Origin: Catajapyx aquilonaris
Taxonomy: Eukaryota
NCBI GenBank assembly: GCA_000934665.2
Contig: KZ538248.1
Span: forward strand, 1 to 64,000
Reading direction: 5' to 3'
Length of the DNA stretch: 64,000 nucleotides
This document shows positions 25,501 to 38,007 of this stretch, piece after piece. The notes under the pieces are model-generated. The model saw only the letters and a program-made list of their open reading frames with translations. It searched no databases and was not told the DNA's origin. The stretch's first letter is position 1. Every line of letters begins with the position of its first letter. Made by a program: the position numbers and the translations under genes.

Positions 25501-27226
25501 TCATCCGTGGATGAAGAATGGGGTAATTACAGTTTTTTTTTTTTTTGCATATTTGCTCCTGATTGTTGTTTTTTGGAGTAGGGCGCGATACAGCGAAAGG
25601 GAACGTATGCAATGGCACGTTTTGTGAAAATTATAAGGTCTTTGGGTTTGAAACATGATTTATAATACCCCCTGGAGGGTATGATGTGAATTGGGCACCT
25701 CTAGCACCGTATACGTTTTCATAACTCATCACGAAAGCATGGATGCATGAAAAACGATTGGAGGAAACGATCCGAACTCGGCCAGTCCACCCTTCCCCCC
25801 CAAAAAAATTATTCATGGAGAAAATGGCATGTTTAAAAAAAGTTGGGGGATACTTCACCGTGAATAGGAAGAAGTTTTCTGCTGGCCCAAGCCCCCCACA
25901 TAAATCGAACTGTTGGGTGGGCTACGGCAGATGCACACCTTCAAAGTTGAGGTCCTCTTTGCTGAAACATTAGAAGGGGGGCAAGGCCTTTATTAGCGTT
26001 TGGCCCCTATCCAGGCACTTCCCATCCGGATTCTGGCAGGACTGTTGCCAAACCGGCACCTTTTCCCCACTAGCTTAATTAGACACGAGTGTACAGTACC
26101 CTCCTTTTCCGCTGCCGATCCGATTATTTGGCGGAACACTTGGACACTGATTAGTGACGTCCGTATAGGGGTCATCCTGCAGTTGGTGCGTTATATGTTG
26201 CGGATGGGGATTAAGCTTGGTTGACGGTATAATCGGAGGTGTCAGGATGCTGATGAGGATTTGCAATGTTGTAATTATAGGGTTCCGATGACTGTGCTGG
26301 AGCCAAACTTGGTAGCGAAAAAAATTTATTCGCCATAATGTGCAAAAGTGACATTAAATGCGTATGATTGCACTCTCTGGTGCGTGTAATGGCTGCCTAG
26401 CTGCATTATATTATTTACGCACCAAAAGAACAATAAACAACAAGTTTTAGAGGTTGCTACAATTTAAAGTGGGAAATATGTTTGTTTATTATATCTGCGC
26501 ATTGCTGAGATAGCCAGATAGCATGATAATGGATTCTGTTTGTGCAAAACAATAATGCATGTTGATTTAGCTATAGGCTTGCAGAGCAGTGCATTGCCCG
26601 CTTGTGCAAGCAGAAGCACTCTATACATAATAAACCGTATCTATGACTTGATCAGCATGTCAGTGCACCACATTAACGAAGCGTACAGGGGAAGTGGTGG
26701 CTACACCAAAAGCAATTGCAAGTCATATTAAATATTCAGGCATCTTGCAGTATTTAATTCTGTGCATAATTTATTGCAGACCAACAACATGCTCTGATTG
26801 CTTCAGTATATATAGGTGTGTGATTGCACTGCTGCGACACCAACATACGGTGACGTTCAGAGGTTAAAGACCAGAGTGTTTTTCACATCAAATATGACGA
26901 ACGATCGTGGCGTGTCGTCCTTAAGAGCGCCTTTTTATACATAGATATATGGGCGTAGTTTATGTTGGATGCAGTTATAGCATAGGCGTGGGTGTCCATG
27001 AGGATCCATGGCGAAGAGGGACGAGTAAACTCTTGGGGTGCGGATTTATCCAAGTGAAAACATTCACCATATGCTTGAGGTTTACGTAGGCGGGCTGTTA
27101 AATTATCAAGGGATCGGCCCAGGGTTTCTTTTGAGCCGCCATCGTCAGTGAATGTCAGGGCGGTTCACCGGACGGAAGGTGTCCGATGTGTGACGGTGCG
27201 TAGTATCGGAGAAAATTTAGTACACG

Positions 27227-27319
27227 ATGAGCGATCTGAACCGAGAAGCCAAGTCCTTGTTCATTAACTACCTGATTTTGGTGGTTTTGCTCGCCATTCT
27301 CTGGCTGCTGTACATGGGG
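27227..27319 (+). CDS. scl: Sarcolamban-like micropeptide, copy 3 (first coding exon)
   Basis: MSDLNREAKSLFINYLILVVLLAILWLLYMG, then a phase-0 donor GGG|GTAAGT at 27320, the same codon position as in copy 1. EAKSLF matches insect sarcolamban and LFIN matches phospholamban. Confidence 0.88.
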
Positions 27320-30271
27320 GTAAGTCCAGCTGATGAACTATTGATGATCAGCCCCGTTAATATACTGATTACTTCACTTTGGAAGCGCTCAACCAGGGGC
27401 TCATCGCTGAGGGGGGGAACGAATTTGCATACACACATGTTTAGCAGGGGGTGATTATCTCCAAATTAAACGCGCCTCCCTCGCAATTTATTCGGCAGTC
27501 AAATAACCTTTTTGCATTCGCGTCACGAGTGGAACGCAATATTTATGAACCGATTGTTCCATTGGGTACATGTATATACACCGAATCGGTATTGGCTCCC
27601 CCGACCACAATGGTGTCGCATATTGATGCTGGGGGAAAAAAACTGCATACTCCAGCAGTATACAACCTGGTCAAAACTTTTTTTATGTCAATTTTTTGGC
27701 AGCAGAATTGTGCTGGGGCTGGTTCTCAACTCGGGGAACTCGCGTCCTATTTCCGTATTTTTGTGGCCGTATATTCAGTTGTACCGTGCGAGTGCAGTTG
27801 TGAATCGGCAATTTCGAGATGAAAGGAGTGCCACCTACCACCCACCCCCCAGCAAAGAAAAGGTGCTGCAACGGCGGAAAAAAAAAAGTTGAAAACTCAA
27901 GGAGGAGGAACGTTCGTGACTTCCGAAAGAATTCTCGAAAAAGACCGACCGTTGAACGCCCTCGAATTGATTCCACTTTTTTGGAGGAAACTTCGGCAGG
28001 ACTGTGGCGTAGAACCCGTTTTTTTTCCGTTGGAGGGAATCCCCTGGGGTGATGGAGACATCGCATGGGATATCCGCAGACCCTCATGCAATTTCAAGTC
28101 GTAGTCCAAAAGCTGCAGCGATTAAAGTTGTACCTCCTGCTTCACAGGTTTTCTTTCCGATTGCATATTGTATGACGTGTCGTCGCGTTGTGGAATGGCA
28201 TTCTCGAAAAGTGTCGCATTCTAGGGGGGGGGGGCGTTGTCAATTTTTTAAGGGTGTTTTATAATGCAGGATGGGCAGGAGGGGCGACTAGAGAGGGTTT
28301 TTCATATTTTAGCGATTTTTGCGCCCCCCCCCTTTTTTTTGCTGATAGGCACGAAATCATTGTAGTCAGGAACGACGAAATTTTGTAGCAGGCGATGCGC
28401 GAGTAAGAGTTAATTTTGTGAAAGTGGCGGGCATTGTTAAGTGTAATGGGTGGGCCATAGGGGAGTCAATATAGTAGAATGTGGACATTAACATTGGACG
28501 TTTCCGGGACTATTGAATCGCAAAAACAATGTCAATAAAGTTGAGAGTCTAATGTACTGTAACTAACCAAACGTAATTTACGTAACCGAGCTGGCGGCCG
28601 TACTGATAAATTACACTTATGGTCCTGCCCTTTGTTGAGTGTTATGCATGGGGCTGCCTGATTTATGTGCAGGAGTATCCATGCCATTAAACGTTTTATT
28701 CAATTTTATTCAAATATTTGCTACGACAGTGTTTTCTACAAGAATTTATAGTGTCTGTCCTGACCAACATCGAGGTATAGCCAGTTGGAGCTAATTATAT
28801 ATGCCCAAGTGCTTTACCTGGGAAAAGTTTGGAGCTAAGTACAGCCTGGAGTGATATGAAATCTGCGAAGTGAGTGTTGCACGGCACATAAAACGAGAAC
28901 ACTTGAGGGATTGTGATGATGCTCACCCTCATTCCCCTCTGGTAAAAGTTGGTGGTGCTTTGACGTCAGGAGCGTGGAAGCTGGGAAATACATAATTCCC
29001 GCAAGGAAGACGCTGCTAAAATTAAACGCGAAGCATCTTTCCTTATGAGATACCCGGTTTAATGGCGCTGGGGAAAATATATGTCGTTTGGAAGTTGTTA
29101 TTTTTTTGCTGGGTTCTTGCTTGTGGAGCAGGCATAAGCATATTCCATACAATTTTTTTTTTGGAATACTGAATCGAATTGTTATGGACAAATATGGTTG
29201 GATTTTTTGATTGACATACTACAGATCGTGTGGTCTCCTGAAGAGTTAGCCAATTAGAATGTGTCGTGGTTCAGAAACCGCAAGTAGCTTTTGTGGCGGG
29301 GAATTCGAAGTGTACGTGGAAACTTGTTACTCGTGATGCATTTTATGTGCTCGGGAACCATGCCACTGTAGTGGGCCTTACCTTTGAAGCAGTTTTTGAT
29401 GCAGGGTACGTGCTGAAGTTGGTTCTTTGAACTTTTTTTTTCTCCCGTCCTTTTTGGCGAGGGGGAAGGGGGGGGGGTTAGAGACGAGCATATTTGCCGT
29501 TTTTGCAGTGTTGTTGCTTTGGTAAAGCCTGCGTAGAAACCCGATGACGATTACATTTTGGCAGAAAAAGTCCCTCTTTGATAATGTAATTTTTTGGTTG
29601 GTCCGATTTGTCTTTGGTTTTTAAGTTAGAAGCTGCATGTGTAGCCGTATAGGAAAATTTTAGTATTAAATAAAAAGAGAGTGGATCTTTGTATGCCCTC
29701 CAGAGTGCTTTTAGTGAGTCAGAACTTGCGACTTTTAAGCAGGATCCTTTTTCTGCCACACCCCAAGCAAAAAGGCAATATAGAAGTTTAAGTGTAGCCG
29801 ACAATAATGGAATTCATCCCATCTGGCAGACACTCCCAGGACCGAAAAAAAAGGTAGCACCGGTGTTCTACCAAGTTGAACTTTGAGCGGAAGAGCAGAA
29901 TTTATGGAGTTGCTTTGGCCGTTTGGCATGCAGTGCGGTTGATCCAATGCCAGAAAGTTCCATCCTTTTTGGTGGGCTCTGAGGGCAGCGAAAGTGCAGC
30001 GTCCGTTGCAGAGGTCGCGACGCCTATTCATTTGGGGACATAGAAGGGACAAGTGCACTTGCGTCCCCAATGAGAGACAAAAAGGAGAGTGGATGCCCTT
30101 GTCTGGGGGCCAACGTCCACATTGCCCCCTGAGAGAGTGGGGGTGATTTTTTGAGGGAGAAAGGACCAGGGGCCAATGTTTTCGGAGTGTATTGATCATG
30201 TGTCTGGTGTGAACGAAAATGAGACTGTCAAGAAACATTTAAATATATTTTAGTTGACATTGAAAGCAGTA

Positions 30272-30530
30272 CAGTGTTGGACATTAATCGCGTCGTACTG
30301 CTAGAGACAGTTTTCGATGCGGCAGACATGCAAATCGAAGTGATAAGAGTGCGAGCCGTGCGAGTAAGAAATGGTAGCCCTTGGGTGACGTCACTGGCTG
30401 GGGGGACAAGCAGGTGACGTCACTCAAGGCCTACCTCTTCTTACTCGCACGGCTCACACTTCGACTTTGCACTTCTGCCGCATCATAAAATGCCGCTATA
30501 GCAGTATGACGCGATTAATGTCCAACACTG
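30272..30530. mobile_element. MITE family A, full length
   Basis: TA|CAGTGTTGGACATTAATCGCGTC ... GACGCGATTAATGTCCAACACTG|TA. Confidence 0.9.
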
Positions 30531-32651
30531 TACCGTTTGGTCAGGACAAGAGTGAAGTGCTAATCAACCATTTGTTACTGGCTCTGCATAATGATTCTGT
30601 TTCATTTATTTGTTCATGATACTCGCACCATTGAGTTTTAACGAACATTTTAATGATTTATTTGTGTACGGGAGTACAAATAGGTGGCTTCATTAGTTAA
30701 ATAATTGGCAAATCGTCCAAAATGCGAACAATTTTTGTCTTTTTTTAAAAAGCATAAAAAACATGAAACACTGGATAGTTTTTACTGAAAGATTGAATTA
30801 GTATCAACATTCCGCGATTAATGGGAGAGCTAATTTGCCACCAAAAAATGTATTATGGTTTGCATGTTTTACTGTGCTGACCACAAAATTGTGTATTGAT
30901 TAACATAAACTATCGCGCTCTCTGTATTTAGGTGCACATTTATTACGCGGGACAGCCTGTGTCCAGTACAAAAAAATGTAATATGGCACATACATACTGC
31001 AGCCAGCGCAATAATTTAATAATTTGGGTATTAACTTCAACTGATGAAAAGATTTGCTGGCAAGCCGAATACCCATACCACGCCAGACTTGTGGAGGAAA
31101 TCCGGTACTACAGGGTTGTGCCAAGTGGCATCCACCAGGTTTTACTACACTGAAAGCATCGTGCAAATAGGATGCGATGGTGTTTATCAGGAGTGAAAAG
31201 CCATGCCCGGTCGAGTGAAGAGGACGTTCTAAAGGGCTTGATCCTTAGCTGCCTAATTACAGGCTGTCCTGTCCACGATCAAGAGTGTCTCAATGGACCG
31301 GGGTAGGTAGCAAAAGCCTCTGGGGGAAGTTGCAGAAAGCCGGGGAATTACTCAGCCGATCCCCCATCAACTCAGCTCCAAGTTGGCTACCATTGCTTAT
31401 TAATAGAAAAGCTGGATTCATTGGGGACGGGCGACTTTCCAGCGGACTGAGGGATGCGAACTTTATCGCGACCCCTGTTGGCACCTTCTGGAATATTTCG
31501 GTGCAAATGACACCATCAGCGCTTCCGGCGACATGCCCGGAATAGGAGGAGAATGGCAGTTGAAAGTGACCTCGGAGTCAGGAAGTGAATATCTGAAGTT
31601 AGATGTAGTGATATGTCTATAAGCCTGAGTGACTTGGCCGAGTCTAATCAAGGCATCCCCCCCATTTTTAAATTATATGTAAATAAAAACCTTGTGACAT
31701 TACGTTCGGTAGAAAATAGCATAGTCGTCATGCCAAATGTCGTTAGCCTAAAGGGTTAGAGGCGAATGTTCCTCATCAAACGGCGTAGTTGGCACCAAGT
31801 AGGCGATTGGGCGCCATCTACGAAGAAGAACCTAGGAGGTTGCTGGCCAGGTCACTCAGTTTGGTGTGGAGGACTCAAGGAGGTGGTACAGCATTTTTAG
31901 TTCTGTTGGTACTTAACACTTATCAACATGCCACCCAGAGAAGAGAGAAGGGGTTCTATGATTCCCCCTAGCGAAACTGGGAATATCTTCGTCACTTATG
32001 GCATTCTCATCTTTCTGCTCCTTGCACTGTGGCTGGTGTACAGCACTCTGACATAAAGGTTGGTATAGCTTACGACTCTTAGGGCGTGACAAGTGTTGGC
32101 TTTTGACATTAGGAAGTGCGCGGGCCTCTATTGTTGGAACGATATGAAAAAAAAAGATGGCACTTAACCAGGGGGGGCTTTCTCTGTAAGTGAAAAGGGA
32201 GAGTGGGAAGTTGGGGAGTGTTTGGAGGAAGAGGGGAATGGAGACGGGGAGAATCTTTTTTAACAAGAGTGATTAATTTTCTTGGAGCCCCATTTCCTTA
32301 AGTGCGGATGCAGGCGTCTGGGATTTTCCCGCTTGCTCTCTCCGCTTGTCTTTTTGCACTATCCTTTCCGTCGGTTGAAAAAGGTGAATATTTCACTCGA
32401 AACATCGCCGGGGTGAAATATTATCTTTATGGAAGAGAGTAGGCGGGTTAAACGAACGGCGTCCTTTAGGTTTGGATTCCGAGATTGGGGCTTATTAAGT
32501 GATTGCTTAAAGCTGAGGTCTAATTTCGAGTAATGTAGTTGCATTAATGTAATTATTTAATATACTGTGCATGGCATATAGGTGCCATACATGTAATAAA
32601 TAATTATTTCATTGCATATTTGTGTAATGGTAGGGCAAGTAGATAACATAT

Positions 32652-32947
32652 ATTTATTTCAAATTATTTGTTAAAACATTTATTTATACCCCATTGAGAG
32701 AATCGGCGCTCCATTAGGGGGGTGGAATACCCCCCCCCCCCATCCAATGGTGGTACTCCACCCCCCTAATGGAGCGCCGAAGGATAGGGAAGGAAGCGGC
32801 TGTGGCCTATTTTTACGGAAACTACCCCGGAATTATCCTGGGGGGGACCGTGGAAAACCATGGTCAGTGTCGCCGGCCCCGGTTTCGAACCCAGGACCTC
32901 CCGATTAGCAGTCGGGCTCCTTAACTACCACACCAACCTGCTTCGGT
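32652..32947 (-). mobile_element. tRNA-derived SINE with a 14-bp target-site duplication
   Basis: On the minus strand the head reads ACCGAAGCAGGTTGGTGTGGTAGTTAAGG...GGGTTCGAAACC (A box and B box), followed by a body, an internal GC hairpin (about 32704-32780) and an A-rich tail. AGTAGATAACATAT is duplicated at 32638-32651 and 32948-32961. Confidence 0.85.
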
Positions 32948-33040
32948 AGTAGATAACATATTTGACAATGCTTCAGAATAGTTGTAATTTTACTGGATCA
33001 CTGGTGTTTGGTAGTTTGAGCACATAATATTATGTTTCAG

Positions 33041-33067
33041 AGTCGGTGGAAGAGACAGTGTATATAG
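33041..33067 (+). CDS. Candidate second coding exon of sarcolamban copy 3 (SRWKRQCI*)
   Basis: Acceptor TATTATGTTTCAG|AGT, the same junction as at 7059/7060. The splice pairing is inferred. Confidence 0.35.
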   Translation, partial: SRWKRQCI

Positions 33068-36000
33068 CATACCTCATACATAATTATTATCACGCAGAGT
33101 TTCATTACGAGTATGTGTGCACATGCTGGATTGTTTTGCGCGGGTCATGAATCTGGAGTGTTAGTACGGTGCAGTATGAGGCACCACCTGCAAAACAATG
33201 TAAAGCTCATTAATCTGAATTACATGCACCAGTGCTGTGGGGGCAGGTATGCCGATGAAATAATACCGAGGGTTTTTGAAATTTCAAATGGCTGCTTGCC
33301 ATTCAGAATATTTTTTTTTGTGACAGATGTCACTGCAGCCACAAAAGAGAAGCAAATTCGTCCCGTGTACTTTATCGACTCTGGCTGTACAGTACCGTGC
33401 GAAACAATGCAGCTTAACCCAACACGTATATATGCCACAATTCACCGAATTACACGCACTGGTACGGCACAGGCGGGGTATGGAAATATTTGGTTTTCAG
33501 GGAAACATTCACCGAGTGCGAGCATTAATTAAACCTGATGGACATTTGAGGCGGATGACAATACACCGTAATGGCAACATGTTTCCTCTTTGATAAGCTT
33601 CATTCACCCCGGGGAAATTCATAAGCTTCGCACGCCCTTGCGCTAATGAATTCTGAGGAGGGTGTACCCAACTCTCATTTTCCTAGGAAGTTAAAAAAAA
33701 CCCAAATTTCATTATGATGAAGGCCATTTTAGAGACCGTGACATATTCGCAGTGTGTGTGTGTTTTTTTTTGCGTGTCACTACTGGATTATCATTGGGAG
33801 CATGTGCGTTGTTTCATTACACGTGGAAATTGACGCAGCTTAATTTGGTGCAGGGGACAAAAATAGTGGTAACGGAGCGTGGATTTTCGCTTGGGTGCGT
33901 CAGGATAACGGGCAGATGAGAGTGTGAGGGCGTAATGAATGCGGCCTTTTAAAGGTAGGTCATTAGCAGCGTTATGCTTCAGTCGGTGTGCATATTCTTT
34001 GGGCCGTCTTTCCACCCCACCCCATCAGATTTTCAGAAATTCGGGGGAGCATCTAGCAAATTTTCATTGGGTGGCCATGCGTAGGTACCGCTCATTTCCT
34101 GCGGATTAATCGACTTTGAGCCTGTTGCAAACGCCAAGAAAATTGGGGGAATGACGGATTTCACATGCCAGTGGAGCTATGTGATTGATTGGATCACGAC
34201 TGAAAGGTTTTCGCTTATTAAGACCCTGGAGGGTCGAATTTTGGGTACCAGTGCACCTTTATTGCAGAGGTGTTGAGGCGTCATATCCGGAATTCAAAGG
34301 TTGGAGCTGGCAGCGACTCTAAATTAATTCGACGCAAAATGTTGCTTATACGAAGTATTATAATTCAGGAAACGCGAGATGACCTAACAACAATGGTGGC
34401 GACATGAAGGAAGCGAGTAACAGTGGCTGAGTATGCATCAGTGCGGAATTTGATTACTAATATCCGATCCACCTTATGATTGATCGCCTATGCTGGGGGG
34501 GGGGGGGGGGGTGGGATGGGTTGTCTGATGCAGTGTATGTTGGTGAAATGTGCACAAAAGCCGGTTGCAACATCCCGCCTTGTTGCGGGCCCGCCAAAAT
34601 TATTAATGACATAAATGACGAGGAAATTTCAAACTAGGGATGCTGCGGTGCAACATTGTAACATGGGAGGAGTCTTCGTGTTGCACCCTGTATATTTAAT
34701 CTGTATGTCAGTGTGGTTTTGAAGCTTCAATGGTCAAATTGCATTAAAAAGTGCGTCTGTTGGGAGGGATGTTCACAAGACTAATTGCTAGGGTAATTTC
34801 ATCAATAAAACGAACAGTAGGCTGTTAAGCTTGGCGGCCCAGTGAACGATTTCAAGTGCAAATGTTATTAGTATTGATTAACGCTACAATTATGTCATTC
34901 ACAACATGGGCAGCTGCATGTAATATAGGTAATTGAGCAAATTTGTCAGTTTATGTAGGACCTAACAAGCGATGTGTTGTTCACTAGAAAAATACTGATG
35001 TTACAGTGTGTTTGAAAACAGGGTGGATCCGAAAGTCTTCAGATTTTGTTTGTTGTTGTTTTTTTTTCTTCAAGTGCATCTTTACAGGTTAGAAGTTTTC
35101 TCTTGGCAGCCATCTTCTAGGTATTCCCATCGGCCTCGTAGGTTGTAACACTAATTGACTTCTTGGGAAAACACAATCGGAGAAGGTACTTGACTCACCC
35201 CCTTTTCCTCGACCCTAGGGAAATAATGGCAAGGGTCGTGTAGAATTCGGGGCAGCCGCCAGATTTACTCTCTTGCTTATCTTTTAATGGTGTTTGCCGA
35301 CAGTTGGCGAATGTCGGAGACTGGGAGGCCAGAAGAGCTTTCCATTCCTCGGCGTCAAAGCCACACGGAAGTGGATTGATTTATCCGTTTACCCTAGAAG
35401 TGGTGGTATCGCAGTACCCGTTTTTCAGTACAGTGCTCTTGGAAAAAACCTGTAGTGTGATGCATGGAGTTTTGGATGAAAGGTGTCGTCTCCTAAGTTG
35501 TATCAATGGATGGTTATGCAACCCAAGAGAGTACTCTGAAAATCGGTTTTTAGGTGTCATTTTGTGATGGGAATGAAAAATGATAGCGCTTTACAAGCTG
35601 GTTATTGGATACGCATTTGTGGTGAAAGGGCGGACAATTTTGTTTTATGTGTTACTAAAACAATGTAGGTCATGCTCTGGTTGGCCCTGATTGGCTTTAT
35701 TATCTATAGCCATAGTAATTTTGTTTAGCCTATAGCAACCTGCTGCAAATGACGTCATTTTTTGTAATTTTAATAGCCATGAAATAACTTATGATGTGTC
35801 AGTGCTAATTTTTCCGAAATTGACTGGTGTTTCGCTCTTCATACATCATACCCCAAGTGTAGGAAGTAATCCGACCCGATATAACCAGTAGTGCAGCTTA
35901 GGAGTCACACCGTCACCATGATCTCAGCTTTCCAAATGAGATCCCATCGCCGTGAACTTGAGTGACGCCAGCCATTTCGAAACCTTTCGAACCATCTCTT

Positions 36001-36581
36001 CAACGAAGCCTCTTCCTAGGCTCACTTTGCCCCGCTTTATTGGCCGTCACGAGTTGTGGTCCATTTCTCCAGCGGCGCCGAATACGTAATCGGTGTTTGC
36101 AGAATGGAGGTTTGGTATATAGGATGGGAAGGGGGGGTTGCTGTTTTTTTCTTTCTTTCTAGAGACCCCCTTCGACCTCACGAGATGAAACTTTTAAAAT
36201 GGGATCGTTAGGTGGAAGATGGGAGCGTTGCTATGACCCATAACGGCCAAGATTACATGCGGCCGTCTTGTTGATTCCAGCTACAGGCCTCAATATCGTG
36301 TTTTCGTGCTGGGGGGCGAAACACCCCGGGATGGGATAGTAACGAGATCTGCCGAGGGGAGGACGGTAGGAAATTATTTCTGAGAAACACCCCACTCGAG
36401 GGGGCCTTCCAAAACGCCAATCGTCCGAAAGTCCTACTCGTAGGAGCTCTCTAATGACGTCTGTTGTCTGGTGGATGGGGAAAAATGGAGGGTAAATGAG
36501 GGCTATGAAAGGTGGCTTCGTTATACGTTACGGAGTTTTTCATTTCGAGTTGGGCAATATGTACCCCCATCATCTGGAGTA

Positions 36582-36800
36582 CATTGCTAGCGACATTTTC
36601 CGATGCGGCAGACGTGATAATCTAAGTAGAGTGCGAGTCGTGCGAGTAGGAAATGGTAGCCCTTGGGTGACGTCACTTGCTGGGAACAAGCCTTGTCTCC
36701 CCAGCCGGTGACGTCACTCAAGGCCTCCCTCTTCTTACACGCACGGCTCACACTCTACATGCTTCGATTTGCACTTTTGCCGCTTCTGAAAATGTCGCTG
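36582..36800. mobile_element. MITE family A, both outer TIR ends shortened
   Basis: GCGACATTTTCCGATGCGGCAGA ... GGGTGACGTCAC ... GAAAATGTCGC, with internal sequence matching the other copies. Confidence 0.8.
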
Positions 36801-37181
36801 TATATAAATTTAATCGACGGTTATTCACATAGATTAATAACTTGTTCTGGATTTACTATGTCCTTAGTGCCAATGCGCTGAGCTGCCTCCACTAAAAGTC
36901 TGCCATTTTTTTTTGAGTGGGATGATATTTCAGGACGAAGAATCTGGAGCCGTGCAGCCGCGGCGGCCCGTGTCGCTTTTCCCAGAGCAATGTCATTTGG
37001 TTAACCTTTGCAAAATGTCCCCCTCCCGCTTTTCCCGCTCTCTCAGACCATGCGGTAACAAACCGCGGATGAAAGCGGCTACCCCAAAAACCCCGGGCCC
37101 AAGTGGTATCAGCTGGTGCTATGCAAGCTACTTTAGCTAGCGGCCGAACATTACATCGTAGGAGGAGGAAAAGGGGGGGGG

Positions 37182-37183
<2 letters not shown>

Positions 37184-37233
<50 letters not shown>
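37184..37233. repeat. (GA)n microsatellite abutting an assembly gap
   Basis: Pure GA run followed by Ns at 37234-37243, about 350 nt upstream of the first LNX coding exon. Confidence 0.95.
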
Positions 37234-37612
37234 NNNNNNNNNNGGCGCAGACTTAATTTCATTCTGTCTTCCGGAAGAACTTTTCATGGAGCCAAACGAG
37301 GAACAAGGCGTGCTGGATTGAGGAGGGGGGGGGGGGAGGGGGGAAGAGAAAAGATTTTGGGGGGAAGACAAATGAAGATGGAGCGTCAGTTCTGCGGACG
37401 TGCAAAGTACATCGAAGGATTCGCGGGCTCATGCTAATTCCTGTGGATGTGCCAGGAGGAATGCCAATGACCTGCTGGCAGCCACAATATTTGCTATGAA
37501 ACACTTTTGGGGGAAATTTATTCATTATAGATTGTACAGTACATATTGGTAACAACTTCTTTTATTTATATTTGCAGGCATAATGGCGTAAAAAATAGCT
37601 AGTAGTACCACA

Positions 37613-38007
37613 ATGGAGCGGGGGCGGCGATCCGGGGGCGTCCCCGGGGCTGGCTGTGGGTCCCCTGGCTTGGCACCGGTAGCGGTGCCAGTGGCGGGTG
37701 CCACTTCCTCGCCCTCCGCCAGCAGCGGGCCGGGGCGGGCATCACGGGTGAGCAAGATCTGTCGTAGCTGCGGCCAGACCCATGGCGCCCATGAGCCCCA
37801 CCTGTATGACTACGCCCAAGAGGTGGACGAGGACCTGACCTGCCACATTTGCCTCCAGCCCTTCGTCGACCCCGTGGACACCCCCTGCGGTCACACCTTC
37901 TGCCACGTGTGCCTCAGCGCCTTTCTCCGTCTTCAGAAACTCTGCCCCATCGACCGGAAACCTCTGGCCGACCATCTCTGCACGTCCTCCAGTCTCGTCC
38001 TTCGAAA
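37613..38007 (+). CDS. LNX: LNX1/LNX2-like (ligand of Numb protein X) RING E3 ligase, coding exon 1
   Basis: Acceptor TTTGCAG at 37577 and ATG at 37613. Contains the CxxCGQxH...HLYDY zinc motif and the C3HC4 RING VDEDLTCHICLQPFVDPVDTPCGHTFCHVCL...CPIDR, typical of LNX1/2. GC3-rich codons. Phase-2 donor AA|GTAAGT at 38008. Confidence 0.92.

Noticed and set aside
32870..32947. tRNA gene on the minus strand
   Set aside because: It continues into a SINE body and tail bounded by TSDs, so it is a SINE head.
37100..37142. Weak similarity to MITE family B (KVACI translation)
   Set aside because: Too short and divergent, with no partner arm.
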